Shown: positions 7,057-14,995 of the stretch, one piece after another
How the letters are laid out: each line of letters begins with the position of its first letter
Position numbering within the stretch: position 1 is the first letter of the stretch
From: Candidatus Fermentibacteraceae bacterium
GTDB taxonomy: Bacteria; Fermentibacterota; Fermentibacteria; Fermentibacterales; JCC-6
Length of the DNA stretch: 27,135 bases
Direction of reading: 5' to 3'
NCBI GenBank assembly: GCA_041686025.1
Contig: JAWLEP010000037.1
Location: 1-27,135, forward strand
The notes under the pieces: model-generated
Database searches by the model: none
Told to the model about the DNA's origin: nothing
The model's input: the letters and a program-made list of their open reading frames with translations, nothing else
Made by a program: the position numbers and the translations under genes

Positions 7057-9504
7057 ATGAAGAGCAATATCACGAGATCAGTGCTAGTACCGCTCCTGGT
7101 GGCGATGAGTGTATCGGCTGCGGACCAGTGGCAATCCCCTCCCGAGGACCTGCTTTCGGTGCTTCACGCACCCCGGCTGCCCATGGTGTGGGACGCACCG
7201 ACGGGGGAGTACCTGCTGCTGGCCGATCCGGTGGGCTACCCGCCCCTGAGCGGGCTTGCCGCTCCCATGCACAAGCTGGCCGGTATCCGCGTGGACCCCC
7301 GTCTGAACCACCATCACGGCACTCACGGGGGACTATCTCCCCGTTTGGTTGAGGTGGAGGATGGGGAGGTCACTGCGCTCGACCTGCCTGCAGACGCCGA
7401 GGTCTACTCCGCTGACTATGCCGCCGACGGCGGGCGGTTCGCGCTTACCGTACGAGAATCGGATCACATGGGGCTATGGGTGGGGTCGAGGGACGGCGAT
7501 CTCATGGAGATCCAGGATGTGGCCCTCAACTCCCTGATGGGCGATGCGGTGCGGTGGCTGCCCGACCAGGAGCGCCTGCTGGTGCTCCGGGTTCCGCCGG
7601 AGAGGGGGCCGGTGCCGGAGGCGCCGGCGATTCCGGCGGGACCGGAGGTCTCGGTTGCCGCCGGGGCCTCGGCGCGCTCCACCTACGAGGCCCGCGATCT
7701 GCTGCAGTCGGCATACCACGATTCGCTTTTCGAATACTACTGCAAGTCCGAGCCGGTGGTGGTCGATCCTGGCCGGGGCAGCGTGGAAGTGATCGGTGAG
7801 GCGGCCCACTACTACAACGTGGAGCCATCCCCCGACGGGGAGTACATACTGGCCGAGCGGGTGGTGGAGCCGTGGTCCCACGAGGTAGTCTGGTGGAGGT
7901 TCGCCAGGGAGATAGAGGTCTGGACCGCCGACGGGGAGCCGGTTGCCACAGTGGCCTCCCTGCCCCTGGCGGACGAGGTTCCGCCGCATGGGGCGCCCAC
8001 CGGGCCCCGCTCGGTGCAGTGGCGGAGCACCGCCCCACATGAGCTGTACTGGGTCGAGGCCCTGGACGGCGGCGACCCCATGGCGGAGGTGCCCCACCGG
8101 GACCGGCTGATGCGGCTTGACGCCCCCTTTGCCGGAGAGCCCGAGGAGGTCTGGCGCGCAGAGCACAGGATCTTCGGGTGGCTCTGGGCCGGAGAGGACG
8201 ACATCCTGATGCTCCGCGTGTACGAGCGGATGCGGCGGCGGTTTTATGCGTGGCTGCTGGATGTAGAGCAGAACACCGCCCGCCTGTGGTACGACCGCGA
8301 CATTGGTGACCGCTACGGGGACCCGGGCCGCCCGGTGATGCGCCAGCTGCCCAACGGACAGTGGGTTATGCGCCAGAGGGGGGACGCGGTCTACTTCAGC
8401 GGAAACGGCGCCACCGAGAGCGGGGACAGGCCCTTCCTGGACCTGCGGCACATGGAGACCGGAGAGAGCAGGCGGCTGTTCCGCTGCCGGCCGAACCGAT
8501 ACGAGCGCTTCATGGCTTTCGCCGGCGAGGACGACAGCTTCGTGATTCGCTCGGAGTCTCCCGAGGATGTGCCCAACTACTACCTGGCCACGCTGGGCGG
8601 GGCGGTCGATGCGCCGGAGGGGGAGGCCACCAGGGCCCTGACCATGGAGCCCATCACCGACTTCGAGGACCCCGCTCCCCGACTGCGGGAGATCACCAGG
8701 CGCATAGTCCGCTACCGGCGCGACGACGGCGTGCCGCTGAGCTTTCTGCTCTACCTGCCCCCGGGCTACGAGGAGGGCACCCCGCTGCCCACCGTAGTCA
8801 GCGCCTACCCCCTGGAGTACTCCAGCGCAGAGACCGCCGGGCAGGTGAGAGGCTCCTCCAGGCGCTTCCTGCGCATCCGCGGCGCTTCCCCCCTCTTCTT
8901 CCTGCTGCGGGGCTACGCGGTGCTGGCCAACACTTCGATGCCCATGATAGGCGACCCCGAGACCACCTACGACACCTTCGTGCCCCAGCTGGTGGCCGAT
9001 GCCGAGGCGGCTGTGGCCAAGGCGGTGGATATGGGGGTGGCCGACCCCGGGCGGATTGGCGTCATCGGACACAGCCACGGAGGGCTAATGGTGGCCGACC
9101 TGCTGGCGCATACCGATCTCTTCGCCGCCGGAATAGCCAGAAGCGGCTCCTACAACAAGACCAACCAGCCCTTCGGTTTTCAGTCCGAGCGCCGTTCTCT
9201 CTTCGAGGCGAGGGATGTCTACATCCAGGTATCCCCGCTGTTCTTCGCCCACCGGATCGACGAGCCGATACTGATCGTGCACGGAGCCGAAGACTCCAAT
9301 CCCGGCACCCGCACCTTCCAGTCGGAGATCTTCTTCGAGGCTGTACGGGGGGCGGGAGGTACGGCCCGACTGGTCCTTCTGCCCCACGAGGACCACGGCT
9401 ACCGGGCCCGGGAGAGCGTGGAGCACCTGCTTTGGGAGCAGCTGCGGTGGTTCGACCTTCACGTGAAGGGAGCGGAAGGGCAATCGTCGGAGGGGATTGA
9501 ATGA
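7057..9504 (+). CDS. Secreted S9 family serine peptidase (glutamyl endopeptidase-like)
   Basis: Signal peptide MKSNITRSVLVPLLVAMSVSAA; GHSHGG nucleophile; ARSGSYNKTNQPFGFQSE; HGAEDSNPGT; HEDHGY. Confidence 0.92.
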   Translation: MKSNITRSVLVPLLVAMSVSAADQWQSPPEDLLSVLHAPRLPMVWDAPTGEYLLLADPVGYPPLSGLAAPMHKLAGIRVDPRLNHHHGTHGGLSPRLVEVEDGEVTALDLPADAEVYSADYAADGGRFALTVRESDHMGLWVGSRDGDLMEIQDVALNSLMGDAVRWLPDQERLLVLRVPPERGPVPEAPAIPAGPEVSVAAGASARSTYEARDLLQSAYHDSLFEYYCKSEPVVVDPGRGSVEVIGEAAHYYNVEPSPDGEYILAERVVEPWSHEVVWWRFAREIEVWTADGEPVATVASLPLADEVPPHGAPTGPRSVQWRSTAPHELYWVEALDGGDPMAEVPHRDRLMRLDAPFAGEPEEVWRAEHRIFGWLWAGEDDILMLRVYERMRRRFYAWLLDVEQNTARLWYDRDIGDRYGDPGRPVMRQLPNGQWVMRQRGDAVYFSGNGATESGDRPFLDLRHMETGESRRLFRCRPNRYERFMAFAGEDDSFVIRSESPEDVPNYYLATLGGAVDAPEGEATRALTMEPITDFEDPAPRLREITRRIVRYRRDDGVPLSFLLYLPPGYEEGTPLPTVVSAYPLEYSSAETAGQVRGSSRRFLRIRGASPLFFLLRGYAVLANTSMPMIGDPETTYDTFVPQLVADAEAAVAKAVDMGVADPGRIGVIGHSHGGLMVADLLAHTDLFAAGIARSGSYNKTNQPFGFQSERRSLFEARDVYIQVSPLFFAHRIDEPILIVHGAEDSNPGTRTFQSEIFFEAVRGAGGTARLVLLPHEDHGYRARESVEHLLWEQLRWFDLHVKGAEGQSSEGIE

Positions 9505-9533
9505 GCCCGTCAGGGAGCTGTGAGCATATTCCT

Positions 9534-9600
9534 CGGCAGCATTCGATTCGCAGCATGACGGCCGGGGTCGGCGGTGCGCCGCTGGCTTGCAGCATCAACC
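9534..9600 (+). other. Possible attC relic
   Basis: Intergenic imperfect hairpin CAGC..GGC/GCC-GCTG, ending just before the next RBS. Core sites not conserved. Confidence 0.25.
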
Positions 9601-9610
9601 GGGAGGATGG

Positions 9611-10009
9611 ATGAGCTACTTCCGGATACTGTGTTTCGGATGGGCCGGCCTGGGGATCTGCAGCAGGATCGGCATGGCCCTGCTGGGAAGGAGATGGGCC
9701 GCCTGGGAGACCCGGAAGGCCTATTCGAAGAAGAGACCCGCCTGGGTGGTGGCAGTCGGCGTGCTGGGGCTTCTGCTGATAGCCTACACCTGGTACCGGG
9801 TATTCACCGATGCCGTTGCCTACGACTGGGTGATTGCCGTGCTGCTGTCTCTCACCGGGGTGAAGGCCCTGATGTTCCTCTTCCGCTACCACCGGTTCCG
9901 GGAGTTCGTGGTACAGGTGATGGCCGACCGCACCAGGATGCGGAAGATCAACGTTGCGGTGGTGGCCTTCTCGATTCTTCTGGTGGCCATGGGCATATTC
10001 GTCTACTAG
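9611..10009 (+). CDS. Hypothetical membrane protein (about 4 TM segments)
   Basis: Four hydrophobic segments; GGGAGG RBS before ATG9611. Confidence 0.75.
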   Translation: MSYFRILCFGWAGLGICSRIGMALLGRRWAAWETRKAYSKKRPAWVVAVGVLGLLLIAYTWYRVFTDAVAYDWVIAVLLSLTGVKALMFLFRYHRFREFVVQVMADRTRMRKINVAVVAFSILLVAMGIFVY

Positions 10010-10077
10010 CCTCGTTGGGCGATGCCGGCAGGCCCATCTGAGCAGGCGCTGCCCGGCGGTTCCCGGGGCATTCGGGA
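10004..10077 (+). other. Possible attC relic
   Basis: Stop codon within TACTAGC; hairpin GGG-CGAT-GCCGG-CAG / CTG-C-CCGGC-GGTT-CCC; ends ATTCGGG. Confidence 0.3.
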
Positions 10078-10108
10078 CCTGACCGCAAGCGAAAGGAGGC
10101 TTCAGGAA

Positions 10109-10849
10109 GTGCGGGAAAACAGCAGCTGGGAGCGGTTCTTCGACCGGCACGCTCCGGTCTACGATGAGAACACCTTCACCCAGAACACCTCCGCGGAGGT
10201 GGACTTCCTCGCAGAGGAGCTCGGCGTCTCCCCCGGCGACTCCATACTCGACGTGGGGTGCGGCACCGGCCGCCACGCAGTCGAGCTGGCCCGCCGGGGC
10301 TTTCGGGTGACGGGCCTGGACCTGTCGGCCGGGATGCTGGAGAGGGCCCGGGAGGCCGCCCGGGCAGCCGGTGTGCAGGTGCAGTGGATCAGGGCAGACG
10401 CCGCCGACTTCTCCCTTCCTAAGGGGTTCGATGCCGCCGTGTGCCTTTGCGAAGGGGCTTTCGGGCTGCTGGGCGAGGCGGACGACCCCATCGGCCAGCC
10501 GCTGTCGATACTGCGAAACATCGAAGAGAGCCTGAGACCCGGGGCCAGGTTCGTACTCACCGCCCCGAACGGGGCCGCCATGCTCCGGCGGTACGGGAAG
10601 CAGGACATCGCCGAGGGCCGCTTCGACCCCCACACCATGGTGGAGTCTTCCAGAATGTCGCCGGGGGAGGGGCTGCCGGAGCTTGCCGTCCGGGAGCGCG
10701 GCTTCGTCCCCACCGAGCTTGCGCTGATGTGCCGGATTGCGGGGATGTCGGTGCTCAGCATCTGGGGCGGCACGGCAGGGGGATGGGAGAGAAAGCCCCT
10801 GGACCCCGACGAGATAGAGGTCATGGTGGTGGCCAGAAAGCCACAGTGA
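10109..10849 (+). CDS. Class I SAM-dependent methyltransferase
   Basis: ILDVGCGTGRHA...VTGLDLSAGML...FDAAVCLCEGAFG; AAGGAGG RBS before GTG10109. Confidence 0.92.
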   Translation: MRENSSWERFFDRHAPVYDENTFTQNTSAEVDFLAEELGVSPGDSILDVGCGTGRHAVELARRGFRVTGLDLSAGMLERAREAARAAGVQVQWIRADAADFSLPKGFDAAVCLCEGAFGLLGEADDPIGQPLSILRNIEESLRPGARFVLTAPNGAAMLRRYGKQDIAEGRFDPHTMVESSRMSPGEGLPELAVRERGFVPTELALMCRIAGMSVLSIWGGTAGGWERKPLDPDEIEVMVVARKPQ

Positions 10850-10945
10850 CGCAGGACCCATCTGAGGCCCGCATGGGTAGCGATGGGGGGGCGGTTCGGT
10901 TATTAGTGCAGCTGCTGCAGCTTTGGAGGGGAGCGGCGTGAGAAC

Positions 10946-11656
10946 ATGACACAGCTGGCGGAAGTCCTGGTCTTCTCGTGGATCGCGGGCGCAGCCTCGT
11001 TTTTCGGCGGAGCGCTGGCCAGGCTGGAGGGCAGCGCCGAGACCGTGGGCAAGCAGCGGCTGGTCCACGGGGTGGTTGCCTTCGGGGGAGGAGTGCTGGT
11101 GGCCGCGGTGGCCTTCGCCCTGGCTCCCGTGGGGATGGCGAACCTCCCTCCGGCAGGCCTGGCCGCCGCCTTCTGCCTGGGCGGCGTCGCCTTCTGCGTC
11201 CTGGACGCCCTCATCGCCAGGCGGGGGGGCAGCAGGGCGCAGTTCATGGCCATGCTGATGGACTTCGTTCCCGAGGCGATTGCCCTGGGCGCCCTCTTCG
11301 GCCATGACCACAGGGCCGGCATACTGCTGGCGCTGTTCATCGGCGCCCAGAACCTGCCGGAGGGATTCAACGCCTACCGCGAGAGCGTGGCGAACCGTGT
11401 GGGGCCGCGAGCCGCTCTGATCACGCTGCTGTCGGTGAGCCTGCTGGGGCCGGCGGCCGGATGCATGGGCTTTCTGTTCCTGCAGGACCTCCCGGTGCTG
11501 ACGGCGTTCATCATGTCTTTTGCCGCCGGCGGGATCCTCTACCTTATCTTCCAGGACATCGCCCCGCAGTCCAGGTTTGCCAGGCACTGGACCCCGCCCC
11601 TGGGAGCGGTGCTGGGCTTCGTGGTGGGTATGGTGGGCAAGCAGGTGCTGGGATGA
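10946..11656 (+). CDS. ZIP (GufA/ZupT-like) divalent metal transporter
   Basis: AFGGGVL, DFVPEAIALG, QNLPEG, SFAAGGILYLIFQDIAP; multiple TM segments. Confidence 0.88.
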   Translation: MTQLAEVLVFSWIAGAASFFGGALARLEGSAETVGKQRLVHGVVAFGGGVLVAAVAFALAPVGMANLPPAGLAAAFCLGGVAFCVLDALIARRGGSRAQFMAMLMDFVPEAIALGALFGHDHRAGILLALFIGAQNLPEGFNAYRESVANRVGPRAALITLLSVSLLGPAAGCMGFLFLQDLPVLTAFIMSFAAGGILYLIFQDIAPQSRFARHWTPPLGAVLGFVVGMVGKQVLG

Positions 11657-11708
11657 TCCCGGGCCGGGAGAATGCCGCCGACTGGGAGGTCGGTATCGCC
11701 GCGCAGGG

Positions 11709-11760
11709 CGTGGCTGCAGGCCCGCCGGACCCGGAGATGCGCCGGAGGGCCTGCGTCGTG
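11709..11760 (+). repeat. Intergenic GC hairpin (attC relic or terminator-like)
   Basis: GCAGGCCC-G-CCGG ... CCGG-A-GGGCCTGC. Confidence 0.35.
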
Positions 11761-11801
11761 GAGGGGAGGGACTAGGGGAAATGGCGCCGGGAGGGGATGG
11801 A

Positions 11802-12791
11802 ATGTACAGCCGGACCGTCTGCTTGCTAATGCTGGCGGTTGCCCTGCCGTGCCTGGTGAGCTACGAGGTGTACTACGGCTTCGGCACCAACTACACCGCC
11901 GACGTCTTCCACGAGGAGGGCTTCCGGGAGCAGTACGAGTCCGGCGTGTACCGGTACCGCATCCTCGGCCGGCACCTCCTTCTGGGTACCCATTCGCTGA
12001 TGGAGTCGGACCTCTTCGTCTCCCGGCTGATGCGGGAGCACCTGCCGGAGCCTCCTGCGGGGGCTCTGGCCCTGGACGACAGGACCGATCCCGTCTTCTA
12101 CGCCTCCTACTTCCTACTCAACACCTTCTTTCTCATGCTGTGCGGCATCCTCATGTACCTGATACTCGCCGGCAGCCCCATCGCCGAAAAGACACTCAAG
12201 CTGCTGGCGGCGATCCTGCTGATCGGGCTGACGCAGTACGTAGTATGCCCGTACGACACCCTGTCGTATGCGCTCGTGCTTCTGACATTCCTGCTGATAC
12301 GGCGGCAGCCGAAGTACGGACTGGCGATGATCCTCCTGGCCCTGGCGGCCAGTACGCTGGCCCGGGAGACGGCGGTGCTGGCCATACCCTTCTTCATCGC
12401 CCACAACTGGGACGGGATCTCGGCCCGCAGGCCCCGCCAGCTGCGGCATCTGGCCCTGATGGCGGCCGTATTCGCAGCCACCTATCTGCTCCTCCGGGTC
12501 CTCCTGGGCTTTGACAGCGCGCTGTGGCAGAACGTGCGCCTTCTGGAGAACATCACCTCAACGAGGTCGATGGCCGGGTTCCTGGCGCTTCCCGTGGTGG
12601 CATACCCGCTGACGGCGGTATCCGGCAGCCGCAGGAAGAGCCTGGTGTTCCTGGTGGCCTGCCTGCCCTACTGGCTGGCCATGCTGGTGGTAGCCGAGAC
12701 CTGGGAGACCAGGCTTTGGGTGCCCGTCTGGCTGGGCCTTCTGAGCATGGCTCCGGCGGCGGGAGGGGCCGGGGGAAGGCAATCTGCATGA
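11802..12791 (+). CDS. Polytopic membrane protein, possibly GT-C-like
   Basis: Many TM segments; YRYRIL, PYDTLS, LARET and ETRLWVP motifs. The GT-C assignment is tentative. Confidence 0.7.
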   Translation: MYSRTVCLLMLAVALPCLVSYEVYYGFGTNYTADVFHEEGFREQYESGVYRYRILGRHLLLGTHSLMESDLFVSRLMREHLPEPPAGALALDDRTDPVFYASYFLLNTFFLMLCGILMYLILAGSPIAEKTLKLLAAILLIGLTQYVVCPYDTLSYALVLLTFLLIRRQPKYGLAMILLALAASTLARETAVLAIPFFIAHNWDGISARRPRQLRHLALMAAVFAATYLLLRVLLGFDSALWQNVRLLENITSTRSMAGFLALPVVAYPLTAVSGSRRKSLVFLVACLPYWLAMLVVAETWETRLWVPVWLGLLSMAPAAGGAGGRQSA

Positions 12792-13021
12792 AACGAACGG
12801 GCGCTGCGAAAATCGGAGCCGGCCTGTGGACGGGGGCCTGCGAGTTTCCGCGCAACGAGCTGCTGCTCAAGGACTACTGGATCGACACCTCTTCCGGTCT
12901 GGGCCTGGCCTTTCCCTTCGAGCCGGTCAACGGCGCTCTGTGGGCCGTACGGAGCATCCCGCCTGCCGGCTCCAGCCCCCGCAGGGTGACGGTACCCGCA
13001 GCGCGCGATGGGGAGCTTTGA
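12788..13021 (+). CDS. Small hypothetical protein or gene fragment (77 aa)
   Basis: ATGA overlap with the upstream gene and TTGA overlap with the downstream gene; no recognised motif. Confidence 0.4.
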   Translation: MKRTGAAKIGAGLWTGACEFPRNELLLKDYWIDTSSGLGLAFPFEPVNGALWAVRSIPPAGSSPRRVTVPAARDGEL

Positions 13022-13422
13022 TTCCCGACCGGGTGGCCATACGCGGCCTTCAGCCCAGCCAGCTCTACATCAGCAGGGACAAGCTCCTGGCCGTGGAGGC
13101 CGCCTACTCCGCAGACGGGCCGGAGGAGCGGCTGCCGGTGTGGGAATGGAACTCCATGCTGGTCCTCACCGACGGGCATACCCGGGCCCTGGCGGCCTTT
13201 CTGCGGGGGGAGGAGGACCTTCCGGTGTACGAGGATACCGACGAGCTGGACTGGGATGCGTACAGGATCTGCGTGGGCTGGTGTCTGGAGGAGGGGATAG
13301 GGTCGGTGGCCGACCTGCAGGACCGCGTCATACCCGCCGGGAGATACGAGGAGCTCTGGCTGGCAAGGTGCCAGAGGATGCACCACCGGCTTGCCGGGAT
13401 GAGGCGGGGGCGGAAGAGATAG
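13018..13422 (+). CDS. Small ParB/Srx-fold-like protein
   Basis: LQPSQLYIS...LPV...LVLTDGHTRALAA motif; GGGGAG RBS before TTG13018. Confidence 0.7.
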   Translation: MIPDRVAIRGLQPSQLYISRDKLLAVEAAYSADGPEERLPVWEWNSMLVLTDGHTRALAAFLRGEEDLPVYEDTDELDWDAYRICVGWCLEEGIGSVADLQDRVIPAGRYEELWLARCQRMHHRLAGMRRGRKR

Positions 13423-13444
13423 CCGACATAACGGACATGGAGGG

Positions 13445-14929
13445 ATGAGCATGGGCGAGGAGAGGAAGAACAGCCGGGACAACGGCGGCGAGGGCAAGAG
13501 GGAGGAGGAGAAGAAGCTCCGGCTCCCGGGTCTGGAGCCGGTGGAGCGGCAGCACGAGATGGACCTGGACGGCGGGAGGCTCTCCTACAGGTCGAGGGCG
13601 GGGGTGATTCCCCTCAGGGACGACGAGGGGGAGACCAGGGCGGAGGTGTACTTCACCGCCTACCTGCGGGAGGGAGTGGATGACCGGTCCCGGCGGCCCC
13701 TGACCTTTGCCTTCAACGGGGGGCCGGGCTCCTCATCCATTTGGCTGCACATGGGCGCCCTGGGTCCGCAGCGGGTGGCCATGGAGCCGGAGGGGTGGAT
13801 GCCCGCGCCGCCGTACCGGGCCGTCCCCAATCCTGCCACCTGGCTGGCCTTCACCGATTTGGTTTTCGTTGATCCGGTGGGAACCGGTTTCAGCAGGGCG
13901 GCAAAGGAGAAGGGCTACAAGGACTTCCTGGGCTTTCAGGGCGACATCGAGTCGGTGGGGGAGTTCATCAGGCTCTACCTGTCGCGGTACTCCCGCTGGT
14001 CCTCGCCCCTGTTCCTGGCCGGGGAGAGCTACGGGACCACCAGGGCCGCCGGGCTGGCCCGCCACCTCTTCGACTACGGCGTGGGATTCAGCGGCCTGGT
14101 GCTGATATCCACGGCCCTGGACCTGCGGCCCATCTTCTTCGGGGGGAGCGACGACCTGCCCTTCCAGCTCTTCCTTCCCACATACACCGCCACCGCCTGG
14201 TACCACGGGAAGCTGGATGAAGAGCTGCAGAAGCGGGAGCTGCCGGAGCTGCTTGCGGAGGTGGAGGAGTGGGCCGAGAGCGAGCTCACCGTGGCCCTGA
14301 TGAAGGGCGACCGCCTGGAGGAGACCGAGCGCCGCAGGGTGGCGGAGCGGATGGCCCGGTACACGGGTCTTGCCCCGGAGTACATAGCCGGAAGCAACCT
14401 GCGGGTGCACAGCAACCGCTTCCGCAAGGAGCTCCTGCGCGGCGAGAGGCGCAGCGTGGGCCGCCTGGACTCCCGCTTCCGGGGAATCGAGCAGATGGAG
14501 GTCACGGAGTGGCCGGAGTTCGACCCCTCCATGACGGCCATAGCTCCCCCGTACACCTCGGTGTTCAACAACTACCTGCGGGGCGAGCTGGGGGTGGACA
14601 CCGACATGGAGTACCAGGTCTGGCTGAAGGAGGACCTCCGCAAGAAGTGGGAGTGGGAGAAGGGCCAGCTGCCGGCCACCGGCGACCGGCTGCGGCAGGC
14701 CATGGCCGCAAACCCGCACATGAAGGTGATGGTGGCCCAGGGCCGCTACGACCTGGCCACCCCCCAGCTGGCCACGAAGTACATGCTGTCCCACATGGGG
14801 CTGGACCCGGAGGTCCGGAAAAACCTGCATACGAGGTACTACCCGGCCGGGCACATGTTCTATCTGGACGAGGAGTCGCTGGCGGCCTTCGGCGGGGACG
14901 TCGGGGAGTTCGTGGCCGATGCGCTCTGA
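13445..14929 (+). CDS. S10 family serine carboxypeptidase
   Basis: FNGGPGSSS, FVDPVGTGFS, GESYG, YDLATP, AGHMFY. Confidence 0.95.
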   Translation: MSMGEERKNSRDNGGEGKREEEKKLRLPGLEPVERQHEMDLDGGRLSYRSRAGVIPLRDDEGETRAEVYFTAYLREGVDDRSRRPLTFAFNGGPGSSSIWLHMGALGPQRVAMEPEGWMPAPPYRAVPNPATWLAFTDLVFVDPVGTGFSRAAKEKGYKDFLGFQGDIESVGEFIRLYLSRYSRWSSPLFLAGESYGTTRAAGLARHLFDYGVGFSGLVLISTALDLRPIFFGGSDDLPFQLFLPTYTATAWYHGKLDEELQKRELPELLAEVEEWAESELTVALMKGDRLEETERRRVAERMARYTGLAPEYIAGSNLRVHSNRFRKELLRGERRSVGRLDSRFRGIEQMEVTEWPEFDPSMTAIAPPYTSVFNNYLRGELGVDTDMEYQVWLKEDLRKKWEWEKGQLPATGDRLRQAMAANPHMKVMVAQGRYDLATPQLATKYMLSHMGLDPEVRKNLHTRYYPAGHMFYLDEESLAAFGGDVGEFVADAL

Positions 14930-14941
14930 CGGCGAAAGGGA

Positions 14942-14973
14942 GCGCGGCGGCCCGGTCTCCCGGGACGCCGCGC
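14942..14973. terminator. Hairpin between convergent genes
   Basis: GCGCGGCG-G-CCCGG-TCTC-CCGGG-A-CGCCGCGC; no U-tract. Confidence 0.5.
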
Positions 14974-14995
14974 CCCATCCTGCGGCGGCTGCGTA

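Noticed and set aside
10850..10945. Spacer as an attC relic
   Set aside because: Only a short ACCCAT/ATGGGT stem and no core-like ends; too weak to call.
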